NCBI GenBank assembly: GCA_965223155.1
Contig: CBDCVR010000015.1
Coordinates: forward strand, 928,001-992,000
Reading direction: 5' to 3'
Source of the DNA: Candidatus Multivoradales bacterium
GTDB lineage: Bacteria; Acidobacteriota; Thermoanaerobaculia; Multivoradales; JAHEKO01
Length of the DNA: 64,000 bases
The notes beneath the pieces are model-generated. The model was not told the DNA's origin. It was given only the letters and a program-made list of their open reading frames with translations, and did no database searches. The position numbers were made by a program, and so were the translations under genes. This document shows, in pieces, positions 22,028 to 31,623 of the stretch (its first letter is position 1; the number at the start of each line of letters is the position of its first letter).

Positions 22028-25000
22028 TTGGCACGGCAGAACGAACGGTTGGCACATCGGCTTGGCGTAGCTTTTAGGGATCGTTCCGGAGACGGCTCGA
22101 TCGCATCGGTTGGGCTCATCGGCCCGCTCAAATCCGGTGCCGCATTCGCGCTCATTGCGGCATGGGGGCTTTTCTTCCTCTGGGCCACCCCGGCGGCGGC
22201 CCAGAACAACTGCTTCGGGGACGTCACCTGGGGCGGCGACGTCGACTCGACGATCGCAAAGCCCGAGAACTGCACCGCGGACACCCGCTGCTATCCACCC
22301 GAGCTTGCCGGCTCGGGAGTTTCGTTCGCTCCGGGCTGCGACCCATCGGCCGGGCCCTGCGACGTCACCGTCACGGCCCAGCTCCGCTTCCCCGGCAACC
22401 GGGACAACGAAGACTTCGTCGATGCCTCGGGCCTCGCCTACAGCTTCGCGACCTTTGCCGTCTTCGACAACACCGGCTCCGGCGTCGGCGGCTGCGGTGT
22501 TGCCGGCGCGGTCATCCAATGGGACACCGGCACCGCGACCATCCGCGGCCAGGCCAAGAAGGGCGACATCTTCACCATCGTCGCCCGCGCCTGCCCGTGC
22601 TCGCCCGAAGGCCTCTGCCCCCTGTGCGAGAAGACCGAGTCCTTCGTCATCCCGATCGGCAGCCCGCCGCCCCAGGACGACTGCGACGACTGCAAGGCCT
22701 GCCCGCTGCCGGGCGCTTCGGCCGGCGGCGGCGGGCCCAAAGGGACCACCGAAACCAACTCCGGCCCCGAGACGCTCGTCTACTACACGGCCGGCGGCAC
22801 GGGCGCACCCGGCACCCCCGGCGCGGACGAGCACGCCGCCACCCTCGGCCACGGCTTTGCCCACAACTTCTCCGAGCGGCTCGTCGCCGTGCCCGACGAC
22901 CCGTACGACGCCGAGCGCGTCTGGATGCTGACCCGCAAGGGAACCTTCCGCCAGTTCTGGAACCTCCAGGGCGGCGAGTACCTGGGCACCGCGCCCTCGG
23001 ACGAGTACCGCACGCTCTTTGCCACGGCCGCGGGCTACGAGCTTCGCGGCCTCGACGGCACGGTCCAGAGCTTCGATGCGGCCGGCGTCTGGACCGGCAC
23101 GGCCGACGCCTCGGGCAACGCCACGACCCCTGCCTACGACGCCTCCGGTCTTCTCACCGCGGTCGCTCTCCCCGACGGCAGACAAGAGACCTTCACCTAC
23201 CACCCGGCCGGCTCCGGCCAGGACGGCAAGCTCGCCACGATCACCGAGGTCGGCATCGACGGCACCTCGACCTTGACCTGGACCTACACCTGGTCCGGAG
23301 ACACCCTCGTCCGGATCGACGCCCCGGACGGCACCGCTCTCGCCTACGGCTACGACGACCCGCGCCACCCGGGCTTTCGAACTCTGACCGAACGGATCGG
23401 CACCGACGCGAGCCGCCGCGTCGAGCGCGGCTACGCCTACGACGACGAAGGCAACGTCGTCCAGACCTGGAGAGGCGATACCGTCCCCGCCGTTGCCGGA
23501 GTGAGCGCTTCGCTGCCCGGATCGAACGCCGTCGATCACGAGACCTTCGCCTTCGACGACCCGGTCAACCCGACCGTCACCACCAGGACCGACGCTCTCG
23601 GCAAGATCGCGACCTACGCCATCGGCCGCGACCCTTCGAGCGGCAAGGCCCGCGTGACCTCGATTGCGGGCGACTGCCCGGCCTGCGGCCTCGGTCCCAA
23701 CAGCCAGATCTTCTACGACGACCCGGACCATCCGCTGCTTCCCACTCGCTCGATCGACGGCCGCGGCACGGTCACCGCCATGACCTACGACGGCAACGGC
23801 AGGATGACCTCGCGCACGGAGGCGCTCGGCACCCCCGAGGAGCGCACCACGACCTGGAGCTACGACGATCCCGCCTTCCCGGCCGTCGCGACCACCATCG
23901 AGGAGCCCTCCACAACTGCTGGAGCCAGCCGCACCACCACCCTCGTTCTCGGCGCCGACGGCCACCCCACCACCCGCACCGTCTCAGGGGTCGAGGCCGC
24001 TAGCGCCTTCTCGCTGACCACCGCCACCACCTACACCCCCGAGGGCCAGGTCGCAACGATCGATCCCCCCGGCTTCGGCTCCGACGACGTCACCGGCTTG
24101 ACCTATGACCCCGCCCGCGGAGGCCAGATCCCGCTTTCCCGCACCGACCCGATCGTCGGAAGCCTTCCCAACGGCGGCGCCACCACCTTCGGCTATGACC
24201 CCTTCAACCGCAGAACCTCGGTCACCGACCCCAACGGGCTCGAGACCGTCACCGCCTACGATGCCGCCGACCGGGTGACCTCCGTCATCCAGAAGGGCGC
24301 GACCGCCGCCGAGGATCTCGTCACCGTCCATCAGTACACCGCCTTCGGCGACTTGGAGCGCACCATCCTCCCCGAAGGCAACGCCATCGAGTACGCCTAC
24401 GACTCCGCCGGACGCCTGACCTCGATCGGGCGCGGCCCCGCCCCCGGGGCCCTCCTCGAAAGAACCCTCTACGAGCTCGACGCCGCCGGCAACCGCACCC
24501 GCGAGACGCTCCAGGGCTTCGACGGCTCGGCCTGGACCACCGCCTCCGAGACCGCCTACCTCTACGACTCCCGATGCCAGCTCGACAAGATCGTCCGCGC
24601 CCCCGGAACCCCCCAAGAAGCCATCACCGAGTACCGCTACGACTGCAACGGCAACCTCGAATCCCTCTGGGACGCCAACCACTCCTCGGCCTCCGATCCC
24701 CCGACCCAGAGCTACACCTACGACCGCCTGGACCGGTTGACCGCCATCGACCAGCCCTGGGCAACTGGGCAACCAGGAGAGATGGCAACCACCACCTACG
24801 CCTACGACGTCCAGGACCACCTCGTTGCCGTCACCGACGCCGAGGGCAACACCACCGCCTACGTCTACTCCGACCGGGATCTTCTGACCCGCCAGGACTC
24901 CCCCGTCTCCGGGGCCTCGACCTTTGCCTACAACGACCACGGCGAGCTCGTCTCCGAAACCGACGGCCGCGGGGTCACAACGACCCGGACCATCGACGCC

Positions 25001-26911
25001 GCCCGCAGGGTCACCTTCCTCGACTCCGACGAGAACGCCCTCGATACCGCCTACACGTACGACGACCCCGCGGTGCCGTTCTCGGCGGGCAGGCTCACGG
25101 CCATCACCCGAGACACCCAGTCGATCGACTACGCTTACGACCGCTTCGGACGCACCATCCAGGACGGCACCCTCGCCTACGCCTACGACACGAACGGCAA
25201 CCGCACCGCAGTCACCTACCCAGGCGGAGTCGCCGCCACGACCACCCACGACTACGCCGATCGGGAGGAGACCCTGGCCGTCACGGATGGCGCAACCTCG
25301 ACCAACCTCGTCACCGCCGCCGCCTATCTCCCCTCGGGCCCCCTCACCTCCCTCGCCCTCGGCAACGGCTTGGCCGAGACCCGATCCTTCGATGCCCGGT
25401 ACTTCCCGGCAGGCATCGCCGTCCCCGGACGACTCGACTGGACCTACTCGACCGACACGATCGGCAACATCCTAGAGATCGCTGACACCGGAGGAGGCGG
25501 CGACCGAACCTACACCTACCAGGACGTCCACTACTTCTTGACTTCAGGCACCGGCCCCTGGGGCAGCCTGGCCTTCACCTACGACAAGATCGGCAACCGG
25601 TTGTCTGAGACCCGGGACGCCGGCGGCTCTCCCCAGAACCGGCCCTACGCCTACCCGGCTTCGCCTTCAGGAGGCAACCTCCCCAAGCTCGCCTCGATCA
25701 CGGACCCCGCGGGAGACCGTCTCGAGCGCTTCTTCTTCGACGACGCCGGCAACCAGACCTACCGCGCCACTCAGACCGCCAAGCACCGGCTGAGCTACGA
25801 TGCCCTGGGACGGATGGGCCAGATCAAGACCGACTCGGACGAAACCGCGGGGGCTCTCGTCACCCTCGCCTACGACGGCAGGAGCTTCCTCCGGGAGGCC
25901 ACTCGAAGCCCCTTCCCCGGCCAGCCCGCCACCGTCACCACCAACCCAACCTACAGCTCCGACGGGCTTCTCATGCACAAGGCCACCAGCGAGGTGCTGG
26001 GACCGGACGACCCGAGAGGCGAGGGGAGTGCCACCAGCGACGCCTACGTCCTCTACTTCGCGGGCAGGCCCGTAGGCGTCCTCGACAATGAGACCGTGAC
26101 CCCGCTCGGTGGAACGCCGACCAGCACCTCGACCCTCACCTACCTCACCACCGACCACCTCGGCACCCCCGTCCTCGCCACCGACGACTCCGGCACCACC
26201 ACCTGGGCCGGAGGCTTTGAACCCTTCGGGGACGACTGGCAGGCGGAGACGGGTACCGGGGCGAGTGACGCCGGAGTCTTCCTGCGCTTCCCCGGCCAGT
26301 GGGACGACCCGGCCTGGGGTGGGGCCGGGACGGCGGGCACTAGCGCCTCAGACCCGGGCTTCTACTACAACGTCCACAGGTGGTACGAGCCGGGGACGGG
26401 GAGGTATGCGAGGGTCGATCCGCTGGGCAAGACAAGCATCGACGGCACGAGACATCTCTTTGCATACTCCGAAAGTCGGCCGCTCTTCTTTGTGGACCCA
26501 AATGGCCTCAAAGTAGTGATCGAGGACGGCGGCGTCCAAACCGCCTATGACAACCTAAAGGACTGCTTCCCGTTTTTCCGTAACTTGATGGACCACTACG
26601 AGACGCAGACAGGCTTCCGTGGTCGAGACATCACATGGTCTATCAAGCAGCCCGTGTGGAACCCTCCAAGCTGCAATGCTGGCGGCCTCCGAGGTGAAGA
26701 GCGGACGGCTTGGGTTCCAAAAGAACTTGATTGTGAACTCATGGCCAAATGCATGGTCCACGAGTTCTACGAACGATGGCTCATTGACGTCGGCGGACAT
26801 CCGCAGTCGAAGGGCGGGACTGGGAGCGCAAACGACATGGCCAAGGCGAAGGAATCAACCTTGCCGGCGGAGTGTTGCTGTCCGACTTCCTCTTCAAAGG
26901 AGAGTGAGTGA
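22028..26911 (+). CDS. RHS repeat protein 1 (full length, signal peptide, HExxE-type C-terminal tip)
   Basis: YD repeats; core end RFPGQW..YYNVHRWYEPGTGRYARVDPLG..DPNGL; signal-like ..WGLFFLWATPAAA|Q; tip contains MVHEFYE. Exact start uncertain. Confidence 0.92.
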   Translation: MARQNERLAHRLGVAFRDRSGDGSIASVGLIGPLKSGAAFALIAAWGLFFLWATPAAAQNNCFGDVTWGGDVDSTIAKPENCTADTRCYPPELAGSGVSFAPGCDPSAGPCDVTVTAQLRFPGNRDNEDFVDASGLAYSFATFAVFDNTGSGVGGCGVAGAVIQWDTGTATIRGQAKKGDIFTIVARACPCSPEGLCPLCEKTESFVIPIGSPPPQDDCDDCKACPLPGASAGGGGPKGTTETNSGPETLVYYTAGGTGAPGTPGADEHAATLGHGFAHNFSERLVAVPDDPYDAERVWMLTRKGTFRQFWNLQGGEYLGTAPSDEYRTLFATAAGYELRGLDGTVQSFDAAGVWTGTADASGNATTPAYDASGLLTAVALPDGRQETFTYHPAGSGQDGKLATITEVGIDGTSTLTWTYTWSGDTLVRIDAPDGTALAYGYDDPRHPGFRTLTERIGTDASRRVERGYAYDDEGNVVQTWRGDTVPAVAGVSASLPGSNAVDHETFAFDDPVNPTVTTRTDALGKIATYAIGRDPSSGKARVTSIAGDCPACGLGPNSQIFYDDPDHPLLPTRSIDGRGTVTAMTYDGNGRMTSRTEALGTPEERTTTWSYDDPAFPAVATTIEEPSTTAGASRTTTLVLGADGHPTTRTVSGVEAASAFSLTTATTYTPEGQVATIDPPGFGSDDVTGLTYDPARGGQIPLSRTDPIVGSLPNGGATTFGYDPFNRRTSVTDPNGLETVTAYDAADRVTSVIQKGATAAEDLVTVHQYTAFGDLERTILPEGNAIEYAYDSAGRLTSIGRGPAPGALLERTLYELDAAGNRTRETLQGFDGSAWTTASETAYLYDSRCQLDKIVRAPGTPQEAITEYRYDCNGNLESLWDANHSSASDPPTQSYTYDRLDRLTAIDQPWATGQPGEMATTTYAYDVQDHLVAVTDAEGNTTAYVYSDRDLLTRQDSPVSGASTFAYNDHGELVSETDGRGVTTTRTIDAARRVTFLDSDENALDTAYTYDDPAVPFSAGRLTAITRDTQSIDYAYDRFGRTIQDGTLAYAYDTNGNRTAVTYPGGVAATTTHDYADREETLAVTDGATSTNLVTAAAYLPSGPLTSLALGNGLAETRSFDARYFPAGIAVPGRLDWTYSTDTIGNILEIADTGGGGDRTYTYQDVHYFLTSGTGPWGSLAFTYDKIGNRLSETRDAGGSPQNRPYAYPASPSGGNLPKLASITDPAGDRLERFFFDDAGNQTYRATQTAKHRLSYDALGRMGQIKTDSDETAGALVTLAYDGRSFLREATRSPFPGQPATVTTNPTYSSDGLLMHKATSEVLGPDDPRGEGSATSDAYVLYFAGRPVGVLDNETVTPLGGTPTSTSTLTYLTTDHLGTPVLATDDSGTTTWAGGFEPFGDDWQAETGTGASDAGVFLRFPGQWDDPAWGGAGTAGTSASDPGFYYNVHRWYEPGTGRYARVDPLGKTSIDGTRHLFAYSESRPLFFVDPNGLKVVIEDGGVQTAYDNLKDCFPFFRNLMDHYETQTGFRGRDITWSIKQPVWNPPSCNAGGLRGEERTAWVPKELDCELMAKCMVHEFYERWLIDVGGHPQSKGGTGSANDMAKAKESTLPAECCCPTSSSKESE

Positions 26912-27543
26912 ACGCGCCAGCGCGGCATTCCGCAAACATGCTGTTGCTTGCCGTCTTCGTTGCGGGTCTTGGTACCTTCGCGATCTTTGCCAAGCACAAC
27001 CTCTTTTTCGGTGTCCTCTTGGTCTTGTGCGTTGTGGCCGACTTATGGGTTGCTGGCCAGTCTTCAACTTGGCGAAGATTCGTGGTCGTGCTGCACTATC
27101 TGATTCTGTCTGCTGTGCTCTTCGCGGCCTTCCTTCGGGTTGCCAGCTACGCTGGCTTTCCGACTGAACTCGGACCGTACTTCCCGGAAGTTGTTTTCTA
27201 CGAGTGGTCTCGACCCGGAGTGTACTTGGCAATACTTGGGACATGCGTGGGTTGTATCACTACCGTCGCGTGCATCCTCGCCTTGCTCCCGAAGTACAAG
27301 GAACACTGCGCGCGAAGCGATTTGTTTGGCTACCTTCTATTCCTTGCCAGTATTCTCGCAGTGCCGATCTGGCTAGCTTTTTCCAGCCCCATACGGAACC
27401 TGAGTGCCTATGACCAGGACGACCTGGCGGGCTTCGGACTTGTCTCTCTTGTCAGCCATGTTACGCCGGCGCTTGCAACTCATGGTCTAGTCGCATTTGT
27501 CCTCCTCTTCCAACGGAGTCGTTCGGCGCGATTGAAGGTCTGA
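26908..27543 (+). CDS. Multi-TM membrane protein, putative cognate immunity/partner of RHS1
   Basis: GTGA overlap with RHS1 stop, about six hydrophobic segments, lower GC. Confidence 0.7.
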   Translation: MNAPARHSANMLLLAVFVAGLGTFAIFAKHNLFFGVLLVLCVVADLWVAGQSSTWRRFVVVLHYLILSAVLFAAFLRVASYAGFPTELGPYFPEVVFYEWSRPGVYLAILGTCVGCITTVACILALLPKYKEHCARSDLFGYLLFLASILAVPIWLAFSSPIRNLSAYDQDDLAGFGLVSLVSHVTPALATHGLVAFVLLFQRSRSARLKV

Positions 27544-27813
27544 GACGTTGTAGTGAGGCGTTCCCTGTAAGCCGGTCTGACTCCCCGGCCGGCGCCTTCT
27601 TGGGACTGATTCAATGAAGTCAGCGAGATTCCTCTGCTCTTTTTCGGACCAGCAGCGGCCGTCGATATCCTGTTTCAAAAATAGAATCGACCAAACGGGG
27701 CTTTGGAGCCGTTTCCTGAATTGCGGTGAGCAATGCGGCCCCGACGAGCCGTGCTCAGGCCAGTTCGAGTCGATTGTGGCAGGAAACTAGGGTGGAATTC
27801 GGTGACAGATGAG

Positions 27814-27827
27814 ATGAGTCGGTCGGT
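27814..27827 (+). repeat. Left subterminal inverted repeat ATGAGTCGGTCGGT
   Basis: Perfect 14-bp reverse complement of ACCGACCGACTCAT at 29152-29165. Confidence 0.9.
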
Positions 27828-27898
27828 CTCCAGCTGGGACACTGTGCCAGTTGGAGATAACCAAGAATCGGCATCAGAGCCGAGAAAGGAGACCGACC

Positions 27899-28912
27899 AT
27901 GGAGTATCTTGGCATCGATGTTCACTCGAAGTACAGCGAGGTGTGTGGCGTATCAGAAGACGGTGAGGTGACGGTTCGCCGGCGGGTTCCGACGACCGAG
28001 ACGGGCCTGCGAAGGTTCTTCGCCAATCGGGAACGCTCGCAGGTGACGCTCGAGAGCGGTCCGGTCACACCCTGGGTCTATCGACTGCTGTCTGAGCTCG
28101 GCCATGAGGTGATGGTGGTCAATCCACGCCGGGTACGTCTGATCGCGGAATCGACCCTGAAGACGGACGGAATCGACGCCGAGATCCTGGCTCGTTTGAG
28201 CCGGTTGGATCTGGGTTTGCTTCGACCAGTCTACCAGCGCACAGGTGAGGCCCAAGAGCTTCGGACGCGTCTTCGGGTCCGAACGAGTCTGGTGAAGACC
28301 AGGACCTCGCTGATCAACTCCGTACGCGGAACGCTGCGGGCACAGGGCTACCGAGTGCCCTCATGTCCGGCGAAGAGCTTCGTGGCTCGGTACGCGTCGA
28401 TGTCGGTCGAAGCCGGCCTGTTGGGAGCGCTCGAACCTCTGGTAACGACAATCGGCGAGCTGACCGATCGGATCCACCATCTCGAAGACGACCTCATCTC
28501 CGAGTCGAGATCAAACGAGCTGGTCCGTCGGCTGCAGACGGTTCCTGGTGTGGGGCCTCTGGTGAGCCTTGCGTTCGTCGGCTGGATGGATCGTCCGGAT
28601 CGGTTCGAGAAAAGCCGCGACGTCGGAGCGTGTCTGGGCTTGAGACCGTCGCTTCGCAGCTCAGGAGGGCATGAGGTCAGGGGCCGGATCACTCGCGAGG
28701 GCGACTCGGAGATGCGCAGACTCTTGGTGCAGGCAGCTCATGCGGCGTTGAACTGTCGCAAAGAGTCGTCACTCAAGAGATGGGCTGAGGGCCTGGTCGA
28801 GAGGCTGGGTAAGGGCAAGGCCGTGGTCGCGCTAGCTAGGAAGATCGCGGTGTTGCTCCACAGGCTGTGGGTGACAGGTGAGAGCTTCCGAGCCTTTCCC
28901 AAGGCAGCGTAG
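27899..28912 (+). CDS. IS110-family DEDD recombinase/transposase
   Basis: GIDVH, LESG, KTDGIDA, VPGVGP, GLRPSLRSSGG, ALARKIA. RBS AAGGAG before ATG 27899. Confidence 0.95.
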   Translation: MEYLGIDVHSKYSEVCGVSEDGEVTVRRRVPTTETGLRRFFANRERSQVTLESGPVTPWVYRLLSELGHEVMVVNPRRVRLIAESTLKTDGIDAEILARLSRLDLGLLRPVYQRTGEAQELRTRLRVRTSLVKTRTSLINSVRGTLRAQGYRVPSCPAKSFVARYASMSVEAGLLGALEPLVTTIGELTDRIHHLEDDLISESRSNELVRRLQTVPGVGPLVSLAFVGWMDRPDRFEKSRDVGACLGLRPSLRSSGGHEVRGRITREGDSEMRRLLVQAAHAALNCRKESSLKRWAEGLVERLGKGKAVVALARKIAVLLHRLWVTGESFRAFPKAA

Positions 28913-28949
28913 AAGAGATAACTAGACGACCAACAAGCAAGGACGGATT

Positions 28950-29095
28950 GAGAGGTTCGATGACTCCGAAAGTATCCTTGGTGGCCCCGACACCGTGTGA
29001 CAGATGGGAGCATCGATTCCTAAACGGACGCAAAACTCACCATGCACCGGTTCAAAGAAGAACCCTACAGAGTGCGAATAGAAGCTCGTCCCAAG
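28950..29095 (+). ncRNA. Putative bridge/seekRNA in the 3' non-coding end of IS copy 1
   Basis: Two stem-internal loop-stem modules. The loops carry GTATCCT and GTGACAG (target arms) and ATAGAAG (circle-junction arm). Boundaries approximate. Confidence 0.75.
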
Positions 29096-29151
29096 CCTCG
29101 ATCCAAACCTAAGGAAAACTACAAAAAGAAGAAACGAAACTCTTGACGCCA

Positions 29152-29165
29152 ACCGACCGACTCAT
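29152..29165 (+). repeat. Right subterminal inverted repeat
   Basis: ACCGACCGACTCAT, preceded by -35-like TTGACG (29143-29148). Confidence 0.9.
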
Positions 29166-29189
29166 AGAAGGATACTTATCTCTTTCGCC

Positions 29190-31064
29190 GTGCCGTTCTC
29201 GGCCGGACGCTTGACCGCTATCTCCCGCAACGGCCACTCCATTGACTACGCCTACGACCGCTTCGGACGCACCATCCAGGACGGCACCCTCGCCTACGCC
29301 TACGACACGAACGGCAACCGCACCGCAGTCACCTACCCAGGCGGCGTCACCGCCACGACCACCCACGACTACGCCGACCGGGAGGAGACCCTGGCCGTCA
29401 CGGATGGCGCAACCTCAACCAACCTCGTGACCGCCGCCACCTACCTGCCTTCAGGCCCGCTCACTTCCCTCGCCCTCGGCAACGGCTTGGCCGAGACCCG
29501 ATCCTTCGACTCGAGGTACTTCCCGGCAGGGATCACCGTCCCCGGACGACTCGACTGGACCTACTCGACCGACACGATCGGCAACATCCTGGAGATCGCT
29601 GACACCGGAGGCGGCGGCGACCGCACCTACACCTACCAGGACGTCCACTACTTCTTGACTTCAGGCACCGGACCCTGGGGCAGCCTGGCCTTCACCTACG
29701 ACAAGATCGGAAACCGGTTGTCTGAGACCCGGGACGCTGGCGGCTCTCCCCAGAACCGGCCCTACGCCTACCCGGCTTCGCCTTCAGGAGGCAACCTCCC
29801 CAAGCTCGCCTCGATCACGGACCCCGCGGGAGACCGTCTCGAGCGCTTCTTCTTCGACGACGCCGGCAACGAGACCTATCGCTCGACGACTACCGCCAAG
29901 CACCGGCTGAGCTACGATGCCCTGGGACGGATGAGCCAGATCAAGACCGACTCGGACGAGACCGCGGGGGCCCTCGTCACCCTCGCCTACGACGGCAGGA
30001 GCTTCCTGCGTGAAGCCGCCCGAAGCCCCTTCCCCGGCCTGCCCGCCACCGTCACCACCAACCCCACCTACAGCTCCGACGGGCTTCTCATGCACAAGGC
30101 CACCAGCGAGGTGCTGGGACCGGACGACCCGAGAGGCGAGGGGAGTGCCACCAGCAACGCCTACGTCCTCTACTTCGCCGGCAGGCCCGTAGGCATCCTC
30201 GAAAACGAAACCGTGACGCCCCTGGGCGGCGGCACAACCTCGAGCTCCACCCTCACCTACCTGACCACCGACCATCTCGGCACCCCCGTCCTCGCCACCG
30301 ATACCGGGGGAGCCACCACCTGGGCCGGAGGCTTCGCACCCTTCGGGGACGACTGGCAGGCGGAGACGGGTACCGGGGCGAGTGACGCCGGAGTCTTCCT
30401 GCGCTTCCCCGGCCAGTGGGACGACCCGGCCTGGGGTGGGGCGGGGGCGGCGGGCACTAGCGCCTCAGACCCGGGCCTCTACTACAACGTCCACAGGTGG
30501 TACGAGCCGGGGACGGGGAGGTACGGGAGGGTTGATCCGTTGGGCAAAAACGGAGAGGTCATCAGCTGGCCAACCGACGCTGCTGGGCTCGTTGCTCTCC
30601 GGGCGGGCACGGAGGCATCTGCGGCGATTAGGGACCTACAGGTTGTCAGTTGGAGTGCGACATTGTCTCCTTGGTTCGGATACGCACATCAGAACCCACT
30701 GAACCTCGTCGATCCAAATGGTCTCCTAACTTGTCGAGGACAGTGGAAAAAGACCTCAAGCCGGAGAGCCTTCTTGCTGTGGCCGCCGTTGTTTTGGAAC
30801 GGATGCGTCTGTCGTTGGCGCTGCGAGTCATGCACGCAAGACGACATCCTTCCCGCCAATCCCTCTGATATGCCTCTCACCAAGGGCTCAATGATCAACA
30901 CCGGCAGAGGCGCCAAGTTCGGAGATACCTGTCTTTGCCCCCCTCCTGGTGACGAAACAGGATGTTTCGAGTGTCAACCTCCTGAACTGCCCCAGCTACG
31001 AACTCCCGGAACCGCAATATGTGATCAAGGTCGCATCTCGGTACCGGGCCGATCTTGTTCATGA
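29190..31064 (+). pseudogene. Orphan RHS core fragment 2 with Cys-rich tip CT2
   Basis: Near-identical to RHS1 from PFSAGRL onward, lacks the N-terminal ~1000 aa; DPNGL followed by a unique Cys-rich tip. Confidence 0.85.
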
Positions 31065-31552
31065 GTCCAACATCACGAAAGCGGCACCTCGTTCCCCTGA
31101 TTGGCGCGGTCACACTTCTCGTGATTCTTGTGGTCATCGGGTGGACAAGCTCCGCTTCGAAGGCCTATCTCAGCGCCATTCCGGTGCCTCCAAATGCGCA
31201 CTCTGTTTCTGAGATGTCTGGGCTTCTAGGCCTGCGGAGAACCATCTCGTTCGAACTAGACGAAGAATATCCCTCCAACACAGCGAGAACCTTCTATAGC
31301 AATTGGGCGGCTCGGGCCGGTTGGCGAGTAGTTCCCGAAAGCGAAGATGCTTGGAGTACGGATCGTTGGCAGTCTTTCGTAGACGCGTCAGGCCAACGCG
31401 AAGCCTCTGTTGACCAATGGCTCGTTCGTTGGATAAGCACCGATGGAAGATGGGATCTTAGACTAGCCTTGCGTTACGAACGTCCACTAACACAGAGAAC
31501 GAGACCAATACGACAAACGGCCTATTTGGCAGCTTCCAGAATCGGAATATGA
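31061..31552 (+). CDS. Single-TM-anchored protein, putative partner/immunity for CT2
   Basis: ATGA overlap with the fragment 2 stop; N-terminal hydrophobic helix. Confidence 0.7.
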   Translation: MSPTSRKRHLVPLIGAVTLLVILVVIGWTSSASKAYLSAIPVPPNAHSVSEMSGLLGLRRTISFELDEEYPSNTARTFYSNWAARAGWRVVPESEDAWSTDRWQSFVDASGQREASVDQWLVRWISTDGRWDLRLALRYERPLTQRTRPIRQTAYLAASRIGI

Positions 31553-31623
31553 CGATTGCCGAGGTCGGCGTTGATAGCACCTTGACCCTGACTTGGGCCT
31601 GTACCGGAAACTAGCTAGACCGC

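Larger units (their letters stand above)
27807..29168 (+). mobile_element. IS110-family (IS1111-type) insertion sequence, copy 1
   Basis: Matches the inverted copy at 43334-44695. Subterminal IRs lie 7 nt from the left end and 3 nt from the right end. Removal restores GGTGACAGGATAC, which occurs empty at 43269-43281. Confidence 0.9.

Noticed and set aside
22028-22075. TTGGCAC twice, resembling a sigma54 -24 box
   Set aside because: No GC at the -12 position with correct spacing.
27544-27790. Possible transposase/RAYT remnant before IS copy 1
   Set aside because: No HUH or catalytic motif recognisable; too short to call without a search.
28870-28878. GGTGACAGG inside the transposase gene matching part of the IS target
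   Set aside because: The right arm GATAC is missing; explained by coding for VTG.
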